Under the pieces are notes generated by a model. That model was not told where the DNA came from, did no database searches, and was given only the letters and a program-made list of their open reading frames with translations. A DNA stretch of 62,503 bases, the filler included, from Collodictyon triciliatum (lineage: Eukaryota), in NCBI GenBank assembly GCA_043381765.1. It is 3 parts of 3 records of this genome, joined end to end, with 100 filler letters (N's around TTAATTAATTAA, not from the genome) between each part and the next. Parts side by side here need not be neighbours in the genome. Positions count along the whole stretch, not along the records: positions 25,643 to 54,009 come from JBHJMP010000054.1; 2 more parts are not named here. One strand, written 5' to 3'. Position numbers and translations under genes: made by a program. Shown piece by piece: positions 27,978 through 42,293 of the stretch; position 1 is the first letter of the stretch; each line of letters begins with the position of its first letter.

Positions 27978-30900
27978 ATGAGACAGACAAGGCCGAGTCG
28001 GCTTTGTGCTGGGGCGACAATGGTTTCTTGCCTTGTGCTGCTCTTTTGTGGTCGCGTGTTTGCGGTATGTTTATTCCATTGGCATAATATATACTCTGAT
28101 GGGGGCTTTTACCTTTGAATCGTACCTGCCATATTATATATATATATATCTTGTGCCGGTGATGTGGGATGTTTTTTTTTTTTTTAGTTTATTTAATTCT
28201 ACCCTTTACAAATTATTCATCAACTAGTGAATGATAGACCCGCAAATAATGATGATTAAAATGAAATCAAATGAAATCAAATGAAATCAAATGAAATGTA
28301 CAGTCAGGAATCATCTTTCGAAAGTACTCTGTGTGTTCATATTTTTTTCTTATCTTTACCTCTACTTTCTCGTTCTACCCAAAGGGGCGCTCTTTGGTTT
28401 ACAGCCACGCCGATCCGCCCCAAGACGAAGGATGGGAATATCCTACCGATCCGGTGTTTATACCAGGCCTGTTCGACATTCGACACTTCAATGTCACTTA
28501 CGATGACGCAGTGGCTTACTTTGATATCACCTTTGGAAACGTGACAAATAGCTACTTCGCACCTCTTGGTATGTCTCCTCACTTTTGATTCATGAGTGTA
28601 CTGCTGGGTTCTATAACGATTTATTTTGTATATTTATCTTAATGTTTGGGTTCTACTGGTTTCTTTTATTACTTATATCAATGTATTTCTGGCCGTCATG
28701 AAAAAAACACACACAAATATATATTTCCTGTGTAATAATAATAATAATACTAATACCCTATATTAAATTATAGGGTTTTCCCATCAGCTGTGCCAGATAT
28801 TCGTCGATTCAGATAGGCGCTTTGGCAGTGGATCAACGGACTCACTATCGAGCAGATACTACTCCACAGCATTCCTGACTGATGAGGCGCCGTACGAATT
28901 CACAATCTATCTTAGAGGGTGGTCATCCTATGTCAACATCGCAAGAAATTCTACATTCATCGATCCCAATCAAATCGCTGTGATGCCCATCGTAATCTTC
29001 TAATCCTCAAAATAGATATTAAGATGATTCATTATTATTATTTTTGTTACTGCATGATGTCGTCGAGTTTGTCTTATGATTTCTCTCTTTCTTTTTTTTT
29101 TTCCTTATGAAATCGCGATATTCCTCCTTTGTTTTCTCATCTCAGCCACATTTTTAGGTCGACAGAAACACCATTAGCATCCCAGTTCCCCTGAACATCG
29201 TAATTATATTGCAAAAAAAAAAAAAAAAAAAATCATAATCATAATAATTTTTCCTTTATTCGATTCAAGGAATNNNNNNNNNNNNNNNNNNNNNNNNNNN
29301 NNNNNNNNNNNNNNNNNNNNNNNNNNNNNNNNNNNNNNNNNNNNNNNNNNNNNNNNNNNNNNNNNNNNNNNNNTGAAAAAAAAAAAAAAAAAAACAATAG
29401 CATCATCATCATCATCATCATCATCATTTTAAGAAAAATGGTGTGAAGCCAGAAGCATTTTGATTCTAGGGAGAGAATATAATATCGCCGCATTTCTATT
29501 TTCCTCCTTTTTTTTTTTTTTTATGTATAGATTGGAATTCCTAACGAGAAATGGGCTTACGTTGTTTGGTGCGGGTCAGAAAATTTCAACGGCTTTCGTG
29601 ATGTGATGAAAAATCCAGCCCAGTATTTTCTTGGGGGTGGTTCTGACAAATATGTAGAAACTCATGTAAGCAAAACTTTTATCGTGTCATAATATTCCCT
29701 TGAATATTTAACCTTAAGACTTATGAATAACATATTTTTTAATTCGCTCATTATATATATTTGCAATTAATATGATTCACACCACGTTATTGAAAAAAAT
29801 CTTTTCAGATTACTGATTTTTTGGCTGAGCCTGGATTTATCAAGAGGACTACTTTCGATTCCTACTTAAAAAATAATCCGTCGTATGTCTATCCTGTCGG
29901 TGTGAACCTCTACACTCCGAAGAGCCTGTATACATTACAAGACTTGGCGAAGTAAAACACTTTTCTATCGTATTCTCCTCTCTCTCTGAAACGGCGGGTC
30001 GGTCTACTTATGAATATGTTTCTTTTCCCTGTTTGTTGCATCATGTGTGCTTTCGGCTGTCTTGCAACCAATTTTTACAGATTTTTGAAATAATATGGAT
30101 TTATTTACCTTCGATTATTACTTTTATATTTTTTATGACTTCAGCGACACAAGGGTGGTTGAATATACTTACAGAAATCTTTCGTCTTGCTTTGATATTC
30201 TATCGATCGAGGTTCTTATTTTGTCTATACGTGAAATGGAATGTGCATCAAATCAAATAGATATTTTTTTTTTTAAAAAAAAACCTGATATCTCCACTTC
30301 TATTTTGATGTACCCCCAAACACGTAACCTGAGGACTTACGTCTTCTTCATAGATGCTGGAAGATACAAAACACGTTATCTTTCGCATCGCTATGGGAGA
30401 GTTGGAAGAATCAGCCACCAAGAATAATGGATTCAACCACCTTATTCTCCAGATATATGTGGATACTGACAACATGTATTATATATTTTGGCTTCATAAT
30501 AAACAAAGCTCTTGCTTTCCCTGCATTTTTAACACTTCAGACGGCTCATACTTTTTCATATCACAGAGAACTGATATTTCTTTTTGCATGTAATGCAATT
30601 ATCATATCTCCTTAGACTCAAGTCTGGAAGCAACGACTCTCAATTCAATGGAAAGTTTTCTTTTTGGGACAACAAGTATGCGCACTCGTTATTGATTATT
30701 TTGTTGTATGCATTGCATTAGTAGCTGTGGTAGACTGTTTAATCATGGTGCACTCCTATGAACTGCCTTATTTTTTCTTGCAATTAATCCTTTTATGTTT
30801 ATTTTCAGAGGGTGGGAGTTTATGGTCTCTGTTGACCCTGACAAGGTGACTGCTGTAAAATATTCAGCTGGGAATTATGAAACCATCGACTTGACAAGAT

Positions 30901-33900
30901 TCAGTTTTATCAGAGCTAATAGTCGTATCATAGAGGTTAGATTGCCAACATATTTTTTTTATGAGATACTTGTTCATAGAATGCTCTTTCACGAAATAAG
31001 AAAACTAGTCATCTCCTGCCTTACTATTCTAGCTGAAAGTACCAAAGACTTTCATCGATGGACTTCCATGTATCGATCGTAACCTTGATTGGTATGTAAT
31101 GGCTAGCTCGGGCATAGCATCATCATCCAACTACTTGAATTTGTGCCAGAAGGTAATAAACTTTTTCTTTTCTTTTTCTTTCTCCTCCTCTTCTTATATA
31201 ATTCATATATATATATAGCTGAATCCTTTTGCACTATAATCTCACGAATACGTCAGTGAAATACACACGTCATGTTCTTGAATAGAGTTGCTACAGCACT
31301 GAGATTGGACCGCTGACATCAAACGTCATTGATATACTCACTCCCAAAAATATAAATAATAAAATGGTAAAATAAGCCATTATTCATATTCGATCATTGT
31401 TAATTGATTGTGTTCTACTTTCAAATAAGGTCTAATCCGACATCTAATTAGATTTTTGGACAAGAAATTCCAAGAAACAATCAGATAAAGCTTCCGTTTT
31501 CTAGCAGAACAGGATTAACTATGCAGGAAATGTTTTTCGTTGAAGATGTAATCGGTGATGAGCTAACCTTCTACCCAATTGGTGGAATGGGGAGCATTCT
31601 TGACACAAATTCAGGACTCTTTGATATTGTGTGTTTACTTATTTCTCCCTTTCAATCTGTCGATGTTCATATGTAAATTATCTTTTTCTTCTTTGTGCTT
31701 TAATCATAGTTTTGATCAATTGCAGGTCAGCTTTGGTTCATATTCCGATTCATCACTTGTACGGTTCAGTATCGAGGTTCGAAGTATCCAAAATAATAGG
31801 AATGGTATATTTACTCTGCCTTATATGTTTATTTTTCTTTTTACCCTGTCATCTAATGCAATCATGATTTAATATCACCTACATTTGGTTCGCTACTCTT
31901 ATCATCCAAATTTTAATTTATCTCATACGATAGGAGTATATCCTGTCATACAAATATCCATCGATCAAGATAAAATATACTGGTCTGGTCAGACATCTAG
32001 CAGATTCAACAGCGGGATTGACTTTCATCCACAAAATGCCTATGAAATTACCATATTGGTGGACCCTTATGGTTTCAACTGCTCAGTAATTCTTTTTATA
32101 CAAACCATTTACTTGTGTACCCTATGATACAATTTTTTTGACAAATAAATTAACATGAGAAGATGGTTTAAACTGATAAAGATTGATGAACGCATCTAGT
32201 TTGTATCACAGAGCATGAAGATGGTAATTGACAAATGTGCCGACTATCAAGGAAATATCATTACTGCTTCTATCCGTCAAAGTACATTTGGTTCTACCCT
32301 GAATAATATGACATGGACATACTCTGTGTTTTCTGGAATCCGCTCAGGTACACCAAAATTATTATTACTCATCCCAAAATCTTGTTAATCCATCCATTGT
32401 CTCCCCTTTTTGGTGTGGTTGAAATATCCACACTTTACGCAAATGATATATAGGTATTGGTGAATTCTCTAGCCTGAGTGACGATTCTGGGGGTGCTTCA
32501 TATGACCGCCGAAATCCTGGTTTAAAATACAACATAGTGGATGTATTGGCCAGTGGTAATTTTACAATATTATCTTCCTATCGCACACGCTCCATCTCTT
32601 TCAAAATGAAGGGAAGAATAAAAATGTTTCTCTTTTCATCTAAATCTTAGTGTCTACTTTCTTTGCCCGACTTTATTCCTCACTCCTTGTTTTTCTAGAA
32701 ACCACTCAGAAAGAAACCATCAAGTATTGGAAACAAAATGCCCTTTTTCTTCAAGTTCCGTTTGTTGGGACAAGTGTGATGCATCTTTGGTCAGATGCGC
32801 TATATGATGTAACCCTTAAGATATATATTAAAGCACTGTTCCCCCTTTTTTTATTCTATATAAAATTATACCTTAAAAAGTTTCAATAGTTTTCCTATAT
32901 TTGAATGTGAAGCTACCTTTTTGAGAAGAAAAACTATCATAATTGAAAAAAAATCAAAAAAAAAAAAAAAAGGACGCTATCGGGGATGAGTTTGGATTTT
33001 ATCCCTTGAACCCCTACTTCACCGGGAAGAAAGGTAGCACGTTACATCCAATATAACGTCGAATTTCTCTTTATTGGGCCTATTTATTGGGCTCATTTAA
33101 CAAGAAAAGTATACATAACTGAATGTATGAAATTATTTTAAAATGGTTTATATTAATATAATTATTATCATTATTTCCAAAAAAAAAAAAAAAGGCCTCT
33201 TTGATCTGCAGTCCTTTTCTGTTCAACACAATTCGGATATCACAAGATTCGCTATGAAAATTCAAACCCTATCAGACACGATAGATGCAAACTTACCTGT
33301 TGGATTCCTTGCCACACAAATATACATTGACACTAACCGCATCCTAGGAAAAGGATGCACAAGTCCCATTGGAAACGCAAATATTATGCCACACCCACAG
33401 TACGCTTGGGAATATGCGTTGTTTTCATTTGGGAAAACCACGTATCTATACACATGCGATTCAATCGGCTTTACAAAAATCAATGTGACTGTCCCTATCT
33501 CTCGTCAGCGCTCATTGCTTTATTTTGATATACCGTCGGACGGCATGCCGTCCCCTACAAATACCTGGAATTTTGTTGTTGTCTCTGGCGCTGTTTTTGA
33601 CCAAAACTTGGTATTTGAAAATATTCCTCCGATCAAAATTTGTATACCAATCCAATTTATTTCTTTATTTTTCATATTTTATTTTATAGAGCTATCCCAT
33701 TTCTCTTCACCATGTCAAATTTTAAATAGGGGAATCTGGTTCAATTTACTGAGCAGCCAACAAGCATGAGTTTCGGTGGAGGTAGTATGAGTAATTTTGG
33801 TGTCAATATCGCGGACGCATTGCTGTATTCAAATGTTATTCAATTATCTCTATTCAAGAACTATAATGTACCAAAGTAAGTTCATTTGTCACACTTGAGC

Positions 33901-35788
33901 GTCAAGATATTATCAATCAAATTTATTTTTCTCCTGTAATAGTTTTTTATCCTAAGCCACTCAATGATGATACCAAAGTAAAATTTGTATGAATAAAGGA
34001 AGAGATACTCTATGATACCCCCAGTGGGGAAAAGTATTGTGGCTGGCGGTGTTGTATGGGAGAAAATTGATGCTACTGGAGACGAGAGGGGTGAATACCC
34101 TAAGAGCATAGCTCAGCATACTGTATGTGTAGTTTTATCACTGAAGAGCGTCCCCTTCAAATATATCCTCAATTTTGAATCTCGTTGCCTTATTTTTTTT
34201 TTTTAAAAAAAACAAAACAAAACAAAACAAAATGTCAAGTCAACTAAATATTTTGCGGATAACCTACTGACAGAGAACTATCTTTACAGGGCAAAGGGCT
34301 ATTCGACCTTGTTAACTATTCAGTCGAAGCGATGGACAACTATGCTGTATTCCGTGTTGCATTAGTAACTCTACAAACTCTTCCGAATGAAATGTCCACC
34401 AAACCAAAGCATACTATATTACACATTTACATCAATATGGATGGAAACGCACAAACGGGAGCAGCCGATGTATGATCTTTCTCATTCACACATATCTCAG
34501 GAGCTCATGCAGCGCTCTTGATTTATTTATTTTTTTTTTAAAAAAAAAATTAAAGAAAATGACTAACTTGGGTAAACGCGATTTTCAGTCTCTCTACAAT
34601 GCTAATGTACGAACTGGGTTGTCATCTGGATGGGAATTTGCCATCGTGATTGGTCCAAGCGGTGCTCTTCTGCACAGCTACAATGAAACCAATAAGATTA
34701 CATCGGTTCTCTTTCAGTTACAAAATATTTATGTGAAAATTTGTGAGAGAAGCCCTGCGCTTTGCTATCTTTTTAGTTTAGATTTCAAATTATTAATTTT
34801 ATACATAAACTCCAAGGTAATGACATTAGACTGGAGCCTAATAAACTGTGAAGGCGACTCGGTAGTTGTTCAAATTCCTAATAATATAGTCGGAGTGCCT
34901 CAACCCTCATGGTCCTATGTTGTCCTTTCAGGTAGTGATATTTTCTATAAAAATGATTGTTTATTGGCCAATTTTTTATATGGTTAAGTATCTTCAGAAT
35001 AAACATAAAATAAAATGACTATACCATGACAAAAAAAAATAATTAATCTAAATACACAGGAATGGAGTCGTCTACACCATGGATGTTTGTTCCTTATGCA
35101 GAACAATCCACACAAACCACATTTGGTGGTGACATAAAGTCGGCATACACACCTAATATCGTTGATATACTGACGCGCTATCCCTCCGACCAAGACACAG
35201 TAGGAAACATATATTTTTGCATTTTAGATGCCTTTCATTTTTCATCTATACCAAATATGATTTTATTTTATTTTCTCGTTCCTGCATATCTAACTATTAC
35301 TCTTGACTAAACTTAATAAAGTTGACTTTTTTTTTTGTTTCGAGTTTGCCTTGGTCTTAATATCCCAAAAAAAATCTATAGATATTTTCTAGCCACAGCT
35401 CGAATAGTGAAGCTAGGATTGTCATACCTTTCATCGGTGGCTCTGATATCCTCACCCTTTTTTCAGTAAACGATGCCCTGTCTGATGAATTTGGGCTATA
35501 CACTACAAACCAAGATATGGGAGGCACCAAGCCCTCCGGATTATTGGACATTACCCACTTTGACATTAAGTTCAACTGGACACACTTTGTTTTATCTATA
35601 GAAATTCAAAAACCAATCAAAAATCCACACAATTACACGTTTGGATTTTCATTCCCAATTATTTCGGTCTACTGCCACGAGAATGTCATGGTGCTCACTA
35701 TTTTATGTGACCTTATCTCATGATGCCTACCAAATTTTGAACACCATTGAATTTGTTTTTTTGTCTTTTTCTTTTTCTTTTCATTTTA

Positions 35789-35882
<94 letters not shown>

Positions 35883-38800
35883 NNNNNNNNNNNNNNNNNN
35901 NNNNNNNNNNNNNNNNNNNNNNNNNNNNNNNNNNNNNNNNNNNNNNNNNNNNNNNNNNNNNNNNNNNNNNNNNNNNNNNNNNTTTGGAGATATATGACTT
36001 ATAATTGAATTGTTAACTTTCATAGAAACCTGGAAGATATCTTCCAGCAGACAAATCATTTGTCGACCTCAACTTTCCGTGGATTTGGATGGCTTTAATG
36101 CATGGGGAGGGTCGATTGTTCCGCTACGGGCCAAGTTGGCCCGGTTCTATGAAAGATATTGAGGCTCTTGCTCAAGACAGTCTAGAGCTACAGTTCGATC
36201 GTGTTTCAAACCAGATCAAGGTCTGTGTGAATAGTAGATACAATTTTTTCTTTTAATGAGATATTTATCGATACTCTATGCCGCAATCTAATCTAATCGT
36301 TATTCTTTAAAATCGAAGCTTTTTATTCCGACGGATTTTGGTGGTGTCCCAAATCCCATGTGGCAGTTCTCAGTACTGATAGGACTTTACGACCCTACAT
36401 CTGGGGACTTTTCGCTGCGAAATAAAGAGCCATCTACGGTAATTGTGACTATTACTTATAATACTAGCTCTTATCGCTAAAAGATGGCCAAATATCTCCT
36501 TTGCAAGTGACTGATGACTACATAATTGAATGTAAAAGTAATATCATACCTACGGGACCCTTTCATAGCGCTTTCTCGGAGGTGGGGATGACGATTTTTA
36601 TGACCCTAATGTGGCGGACATGATTATACCTTCTGTATCCGCGCAAACCATTATCCGCTCAAACGAAAAGGTATTCAAAACAAAATGTATTTTTAAAGAA
36701 GTCCGTCTGTCGTTATTTGTGGACATCTTTCGCTGTTCATACAATTTTCTGCTTTCTTTTTCTATTTCTTCCAAATTTCATTTCTCTTTTTTTTTTTTTT
36801 AAAAAAAAAAAAAAAACATTCCGAAACATTTTTTTTTTNNNNNNNNNNNNNNNNNNNNNNNNNNNNNNNNNNNNNNNNNNNNNNNNNNNNNNNNNNNNNN
36901 NNNNNNNNNNNNNNNNNNNNNNNNNNNNNNNNNNNNNNCGTGTGTGCCTATCCATAGCTCCCTATTGGTGATATTAAGCATTAGAGAGCGGCGATTTGGA
37001 AGGACATGCGGGGTTCGTGCTTGTCTCCAGCTCGCGGTGAGCGGGGTGTGGGTGATGCCCAGTGTTTCTCCCCACTGTTGATGTTTTGACTTTTTGTAGG
37101 GTGTTGGCGGCGATATATTTTATCGAAAGAATTTGGAGTAGGCCATAGCCATCGAGAACTGCATAGACTGCGCACCGTTAGACGAGCGTTCGTTCTTGAG
37201 GCGGAAGAAGAATGGCGACGGGATGTCTCACGAGATTGGTCTGCGTGAGCGCCATTTTCCTTTGTTATTCAGGACGGCTGTGGTTGGCTATGCATCGTGT
37301 GTGCAGAATGTGGTGGAGCCTGGCGTTGTGATGTACGAACCGTCTTCTTTGAATGAGATTTGGGTGTCTCGATTCAAGTTATACAACAGGATAACGCTCA
37401 AGCATCGCCTATCGTTCTTATGAAATGATACACAATCTATTGAAACATGAATGAATTCTGATTGCTACGGCGAGTTAAGCCCGTGTGCGAGATGACAAAC
37501 GCAGAACCCGAAGTCTCATTTTTTCCTCTTTTCTTTTTTTCTTTTTTTCTTTTTTTTTGTTAGGTCTCTGCACCCTCAGAACGCCAATTCCAATCTTGTT
37601 TATAGCGAAAAAAATCATATCTCGGAATCATAAAGCACAGCGCCCACATAAAGGCAATTTCTATGAAAGCCCGTTTTTATGATTGACTATAAAGAAACAA
37701 AAACTCATTCTCCATATGACACAGTATTACATGAATCAAAAAAGAGCCCGCTCCTGCAACACAACAGACACCCCGCGACAGCAACCAAGTGTCCCACTTC
37801 AAAAGACCTCTCATCAAGTCAGCCAGGAGAAGGAGTATTGGAAAAGAGAGTGAGAAAGAAAGACCCAAGACCTGGAGACACGAGTTAGTCGCAGAGACAA
37901 GAGGCCGCGCCAGAGAGCTGACATTTCTTTTTTTCTTTTTGTCAGCTTCTTTCTCTTTTTTAACATAGACTCTTCTTCTGATACATATTGCAGAACCAAA
38001 GAATGACCGATCACGTCCGACTCCAATCTTCCGACATCGCCCTTGGGGACGTAATTCTTGCCGCAGAGGACTACCGTATTCTTCGAGCCATAGACAGGAA
38101 GTCTAACAGCCAGGTGGCTGTGAAGGAGTACCAAAAGTCCCAGCTGCACAAGCCTGAAGACGTGGGAGCAATTATGGAGGAAGTCCAGAAGCTTGTCAAT
38201 CTGCCCAAAAACGCCGGCTTTGTAACATACGTTGGTGCCTATGTGAGCGTTGGGACGCTGCACATTGTCCGCGACTTTGTGGAAGGCAAAACCTTCACCG
38301 AGATCATTCCGACAAACACCCTTGACGTCAGGAAGATCAAAGAGATCGGCGTCAAGATCTGCGACAACGTCCGCTTCCTGCACGAACACGGCGTCTACAA
38401 CTACAACATCAAGCCAGACAACGTGATTCTCAAGGGAGACGGTAGCATTGCGCTCTGCGACTACGCCATGTTGGAGCTGCGCGAGAGTCTCCAACGCCGA
38501 GGAACCTCCTCCAAACGCGCAGACATTGCTGTTGCCCCGCCAGAAGTCTTTCGCAACGGTTCGTATGCGCAAGAGAAGAGCGACGTCTATTCTATCGGGC
38601 TCATTCTGTGGATGCTCAACGCAAAGAAGATCCCCAAAGTCCGCCGCTTTGACACAAAGGGAATTACGGATCCCGCGCTGAAGGACACTCTGACAAGAGT
38701 CTTGAATCAGACGCCCGAGGAAAGACCTTCGCTTGCGGAGCTTCGCGCGCAACTCTTGTTGTAAGCGCCTTTTGATGACAGCCCTTTATACCACGACGCC

Positions 38801-41673
38801 TTTGCCTCCTGTCGAATCGGTATCATCCGGCTCCTTTTCTTTCCATTTCGGTGCTATCATCAAACTTACTCTTTCCTGGCATCTAGGCCCAGCCCTTAAG
38901 TCATCATCAGAATAAATATTCACCATGCTTGGCGGGCCTTCACCATCTTGCGAATATTTTCTATCCTTTTTTTTTTTTTGCAGCGGTCTCGTTCTCGTTC
39001 TCGTTCTCGTACTTTCTTCATCTTTACCTATGGCCATTTTGTCTTTTTTTCCCACCCCATTTCCCTGTGTTTTTCTATTTCTATTTTCTCTTTTCACAAC
39101 CCTTCTAGTGATCATCTCCCAGCGCTAAACGGCCTATCCGACGACATCTGTAACTGATTCTCTTGGTCGACTCAAAGCCGAGAACGGCAACCATACAAGA
39201 TACGAGCGAAGGAAAGTTTGTGTATGTGTGTTAAAGAGCAGAGGTACAGAAAAGCGAGTTGCAGTGACAATTCGCCACTAGGAAGAACTCAGTAAAGGCG
39301 AGTCGGTCAGATGAACAAGTCAGCTGGATGAGGACTGAACCAACAGCCAGAGCCTGAATCTAGGTTGGTAGATATCTTTCGCTGCTTCCTAATAGTTGCC
39401 TTCACTCGCGGTTGGGTTGAGGGAGCCATGGCGGTGATGATAAATCTTTGAGTGCCTTTTGAGTCTGTTTAGTCCCTCGTTCGATGTGTACCAAAGTGTT
39501 GACCAAACAATGTCCCACAACACACAATGTCAACCTCTTGCAACCTGCTTCCAACGACGTTTTTTTTAATCTGTAGCGAGAACAGAGATGTCCACATATA
39601 AATTCCACTTATGAATAAATTCAATGAAAATAGGTTACTTTCCCTATCTCTTCGACAAAGAAAGCTGATTCTTAGACAGAGAACGCCAACCACCAAGCAA
39701 AGGCAAGCGAAACCAAGCTTGAGGTGTTCTGAAGTACCTCTCGGTCACTCTGAAAAGGAATCAAGAAAGAACAAGAAAAATTAGCTGCTTCGAAGAAATC
39801 AAGCTCGCAGGAGAAAAGCGAGGAGGGTTCCTTGCGTCTTGATCGAGTATGTCTTTTCTTTCCTTACTTACCCTTCTCATCCCCAAAGGAAACCAAAGCA
39901 AGACCGATGGCCCAGTCAATCGCCCTCGACGGCTCCAAGCTCAAACCCGTTGAAGACCTTCCTTGCCCACCAGACTTCCGCATCTTTCGAGCCATCGTCC
40001 TCGATAGCGGCAAGGAAGTTGCTGTGAAGGAGTACCAACAAAGCCAGCTTCACATGCCCGGGGATATTGCCGTGATCATGGAGGAAGTCCAGAAGCTGGT
40101 TGATCTGCCTGCTGCAGAGAATTTCGTTGCTTATCTGGGTGCCTATGTCCAGACTGGAGTGCTATACATCGTTCGTGATTATGTGCCTGGGACAACCTTC
40201 ACAGAGGTCATCCCGTCAAACACCTATGATGCCGAAAGGATAAGAGATATCGGTGTTCAGATGTGCGACAGTGTCAGCTTCTTGCACCAAAACGATGTCT
40301 ACAACTACAACATCAAGCCTGAAAATGTGATTCTCAAGGAAGACGGAAGCATTGCCCTTTGTGACTACGCCATGTTGGAGCTGCGTGGCAGCATTCAAAA
40401 GAAAGGTCCCACTTCCAAGCGTGCTGACCCTGCAATCTGCCCGCCGGAGCTTCACCGTGGCGCTGAATTCGCGCAAGAAAAGACTGATGTGTATTCCATA
40501 GGATTTATTCTGTGGATGCTCTGCGCGAAGAAGATTCCTAGAGTTCGTCGTCCCTTCGACCCAAAAGTCATCAAAGACGAGAAGCTGAAGATTGCACTCG
40601 CCGCTGCCTTGAAAGATTCACCCGAGGTCAGATGTACCCTTGAGGAGTTCCGTGCGTTTCTCTCTCCATAAATATGGGTTGCCCTTTCTCGCTCCCAATG
40701 GTCTGTTTCTCATGGGGATACAAAATCCCCACTGCGCAAGGAGTCTCACTCATCACACCGAGCAGACACCCTATCGCCGCTTGAAGAAACGGCCTCTTTG
40801 GAAATCAATAAAGGTTTACCGAACCACTCACGTTCGATTTGTCTGGGGTGATTATATGTAGAGGACGAAATCGGCTGCGTCAAAAATCACAAATTGACAG
40901 GTTGTGCGAGAGGAAAAAACGCGCAGGTTTAAAGCAACTTACAGTTGATATGAATTATACATTATATACGAAATTATTTGTTTACACATCAGCGAGAGCG
41001 ATTCTAAATATTGATATCATGTCAAAAACTTTATTTTCCACAAAAATAAATAAAATGCGGAAAATAATATTTTTGTTCTTCAACGGTCAGCTTTTCTTTG
41101 CCGCTCGCCGTCCGCACAGAAACACCATTTCCCGACAACCCCCTAAAACCCTGCTTCACTAAACAAAGGCCTTCCACACCAATCGAAAAGGATTCCATTT
41201 GCCACGCATCTTGTTTGGAAGGAATAATCCTTTATAAAATAGGCACATGCCCCGCCCCGCGTTGCTCTTCAAACTCCCAAACTCTTCAAAGGCCTTCTTC
41301 TCTTATCGTATTTGCACTAAGAGAACACCTCTACGCAAAGCGTAGGGTCGAACGGGAGAAGCAGTGCCAATACCCAATGAATGGACTCGATCGAAGCCAC
41401 AAGAAAGCTGATCAGCGTAACGTGGATGTAATGGATCAACTTGGACGGTACCAGGCATACCTGACAAACGCCCAACAACGCGCAGGTCTAAAACCTTTTT
41501 TTTTTCCCCCTCTTCTTGTGTCTTTCGCTTTCTTGGCTCTTTTTTTTTTTGTCCAATACCAAAAAGATAAATAAAAATAATCCAGCAGAGTTTATTCACC
41601 ATTCATTATTGATACACAAATCATGTTTTGTTTCTTGCTTTCGTTTTATTCTGACTCCTTTATCTGCAACCTG

Positions 41674-41711
<38 letters not shown>

Positions 41712-41716
41712 CCACC

Positions 41717-41755
<39 letters not shown>

Positions 41756-42046
41756 CATTCCGAAACATTTTTTCTTTATCATCGACCACATTTTAGGCCG
41801 TTTCTGATGTACAAGTTCAAGATTTTATCCTTTCCAACTATGATGTTTTAAAGCAACAGCGAGCAGTTGTTCCTACCATCGGCCTTTTTTCAAAATTCTA
41901 TCTTGTCGATTGGTATAATCCACGTAAGAGAACAAACCACTTTATGGATGTTATATATGCTGATTCAGCGGTCGTGATATTATCCATAGTTACTTATCAA
42001 TTGAATGATTTGTATACTTGAACAAGAATACCATTCTGTCTGGGGT

Positions 42047-42096
<50 letters not shown>

Positions 42097-42205
42097 NNNN
42101 NNNNNNNNNNNNNNNNNNNNNNNNNNNNNNNNNNNNNNNNNNNNNNNNNNNNNNNNNNNNNNNNNNNNNNNNNNNNNNNNNNNNNNNNNNNNNNNNTTAT
42201 ATTTT

Positions 42206-42293
<88 letters not shown>

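Noticed and set aside
20233-37141. Repeated in-frame TAG codons interrupting ORFs (20233, 23042, 26398, ~37139), suggesting TAG reassignment
   Set aside because: The conserved exons I translated (CTR9, APS kinase, kinases, ArfGAP) contain no internal TAG, and CTR9 and the Trx-like gene terminate at TAG. The interrupted frames are decayed or unassigned.
36939-37423. GC-rich, exon-like sequence at the start of the inserted block
   Set aside because: I could not build a consistent spliced frame on either strand. It may be a truncated gene end but is unsupported.
37814-38752. 312-aa minus-strand ORF
   Set aside because: Antisense shadow of pseudokinase A with no recognisable motifs.
39310-39362. 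C/D-box-like words (gatga...ctga) between the pseudokinases
   Set aside because: No proper RUGAUGA box C or terminal stem, and no identifiable guide.
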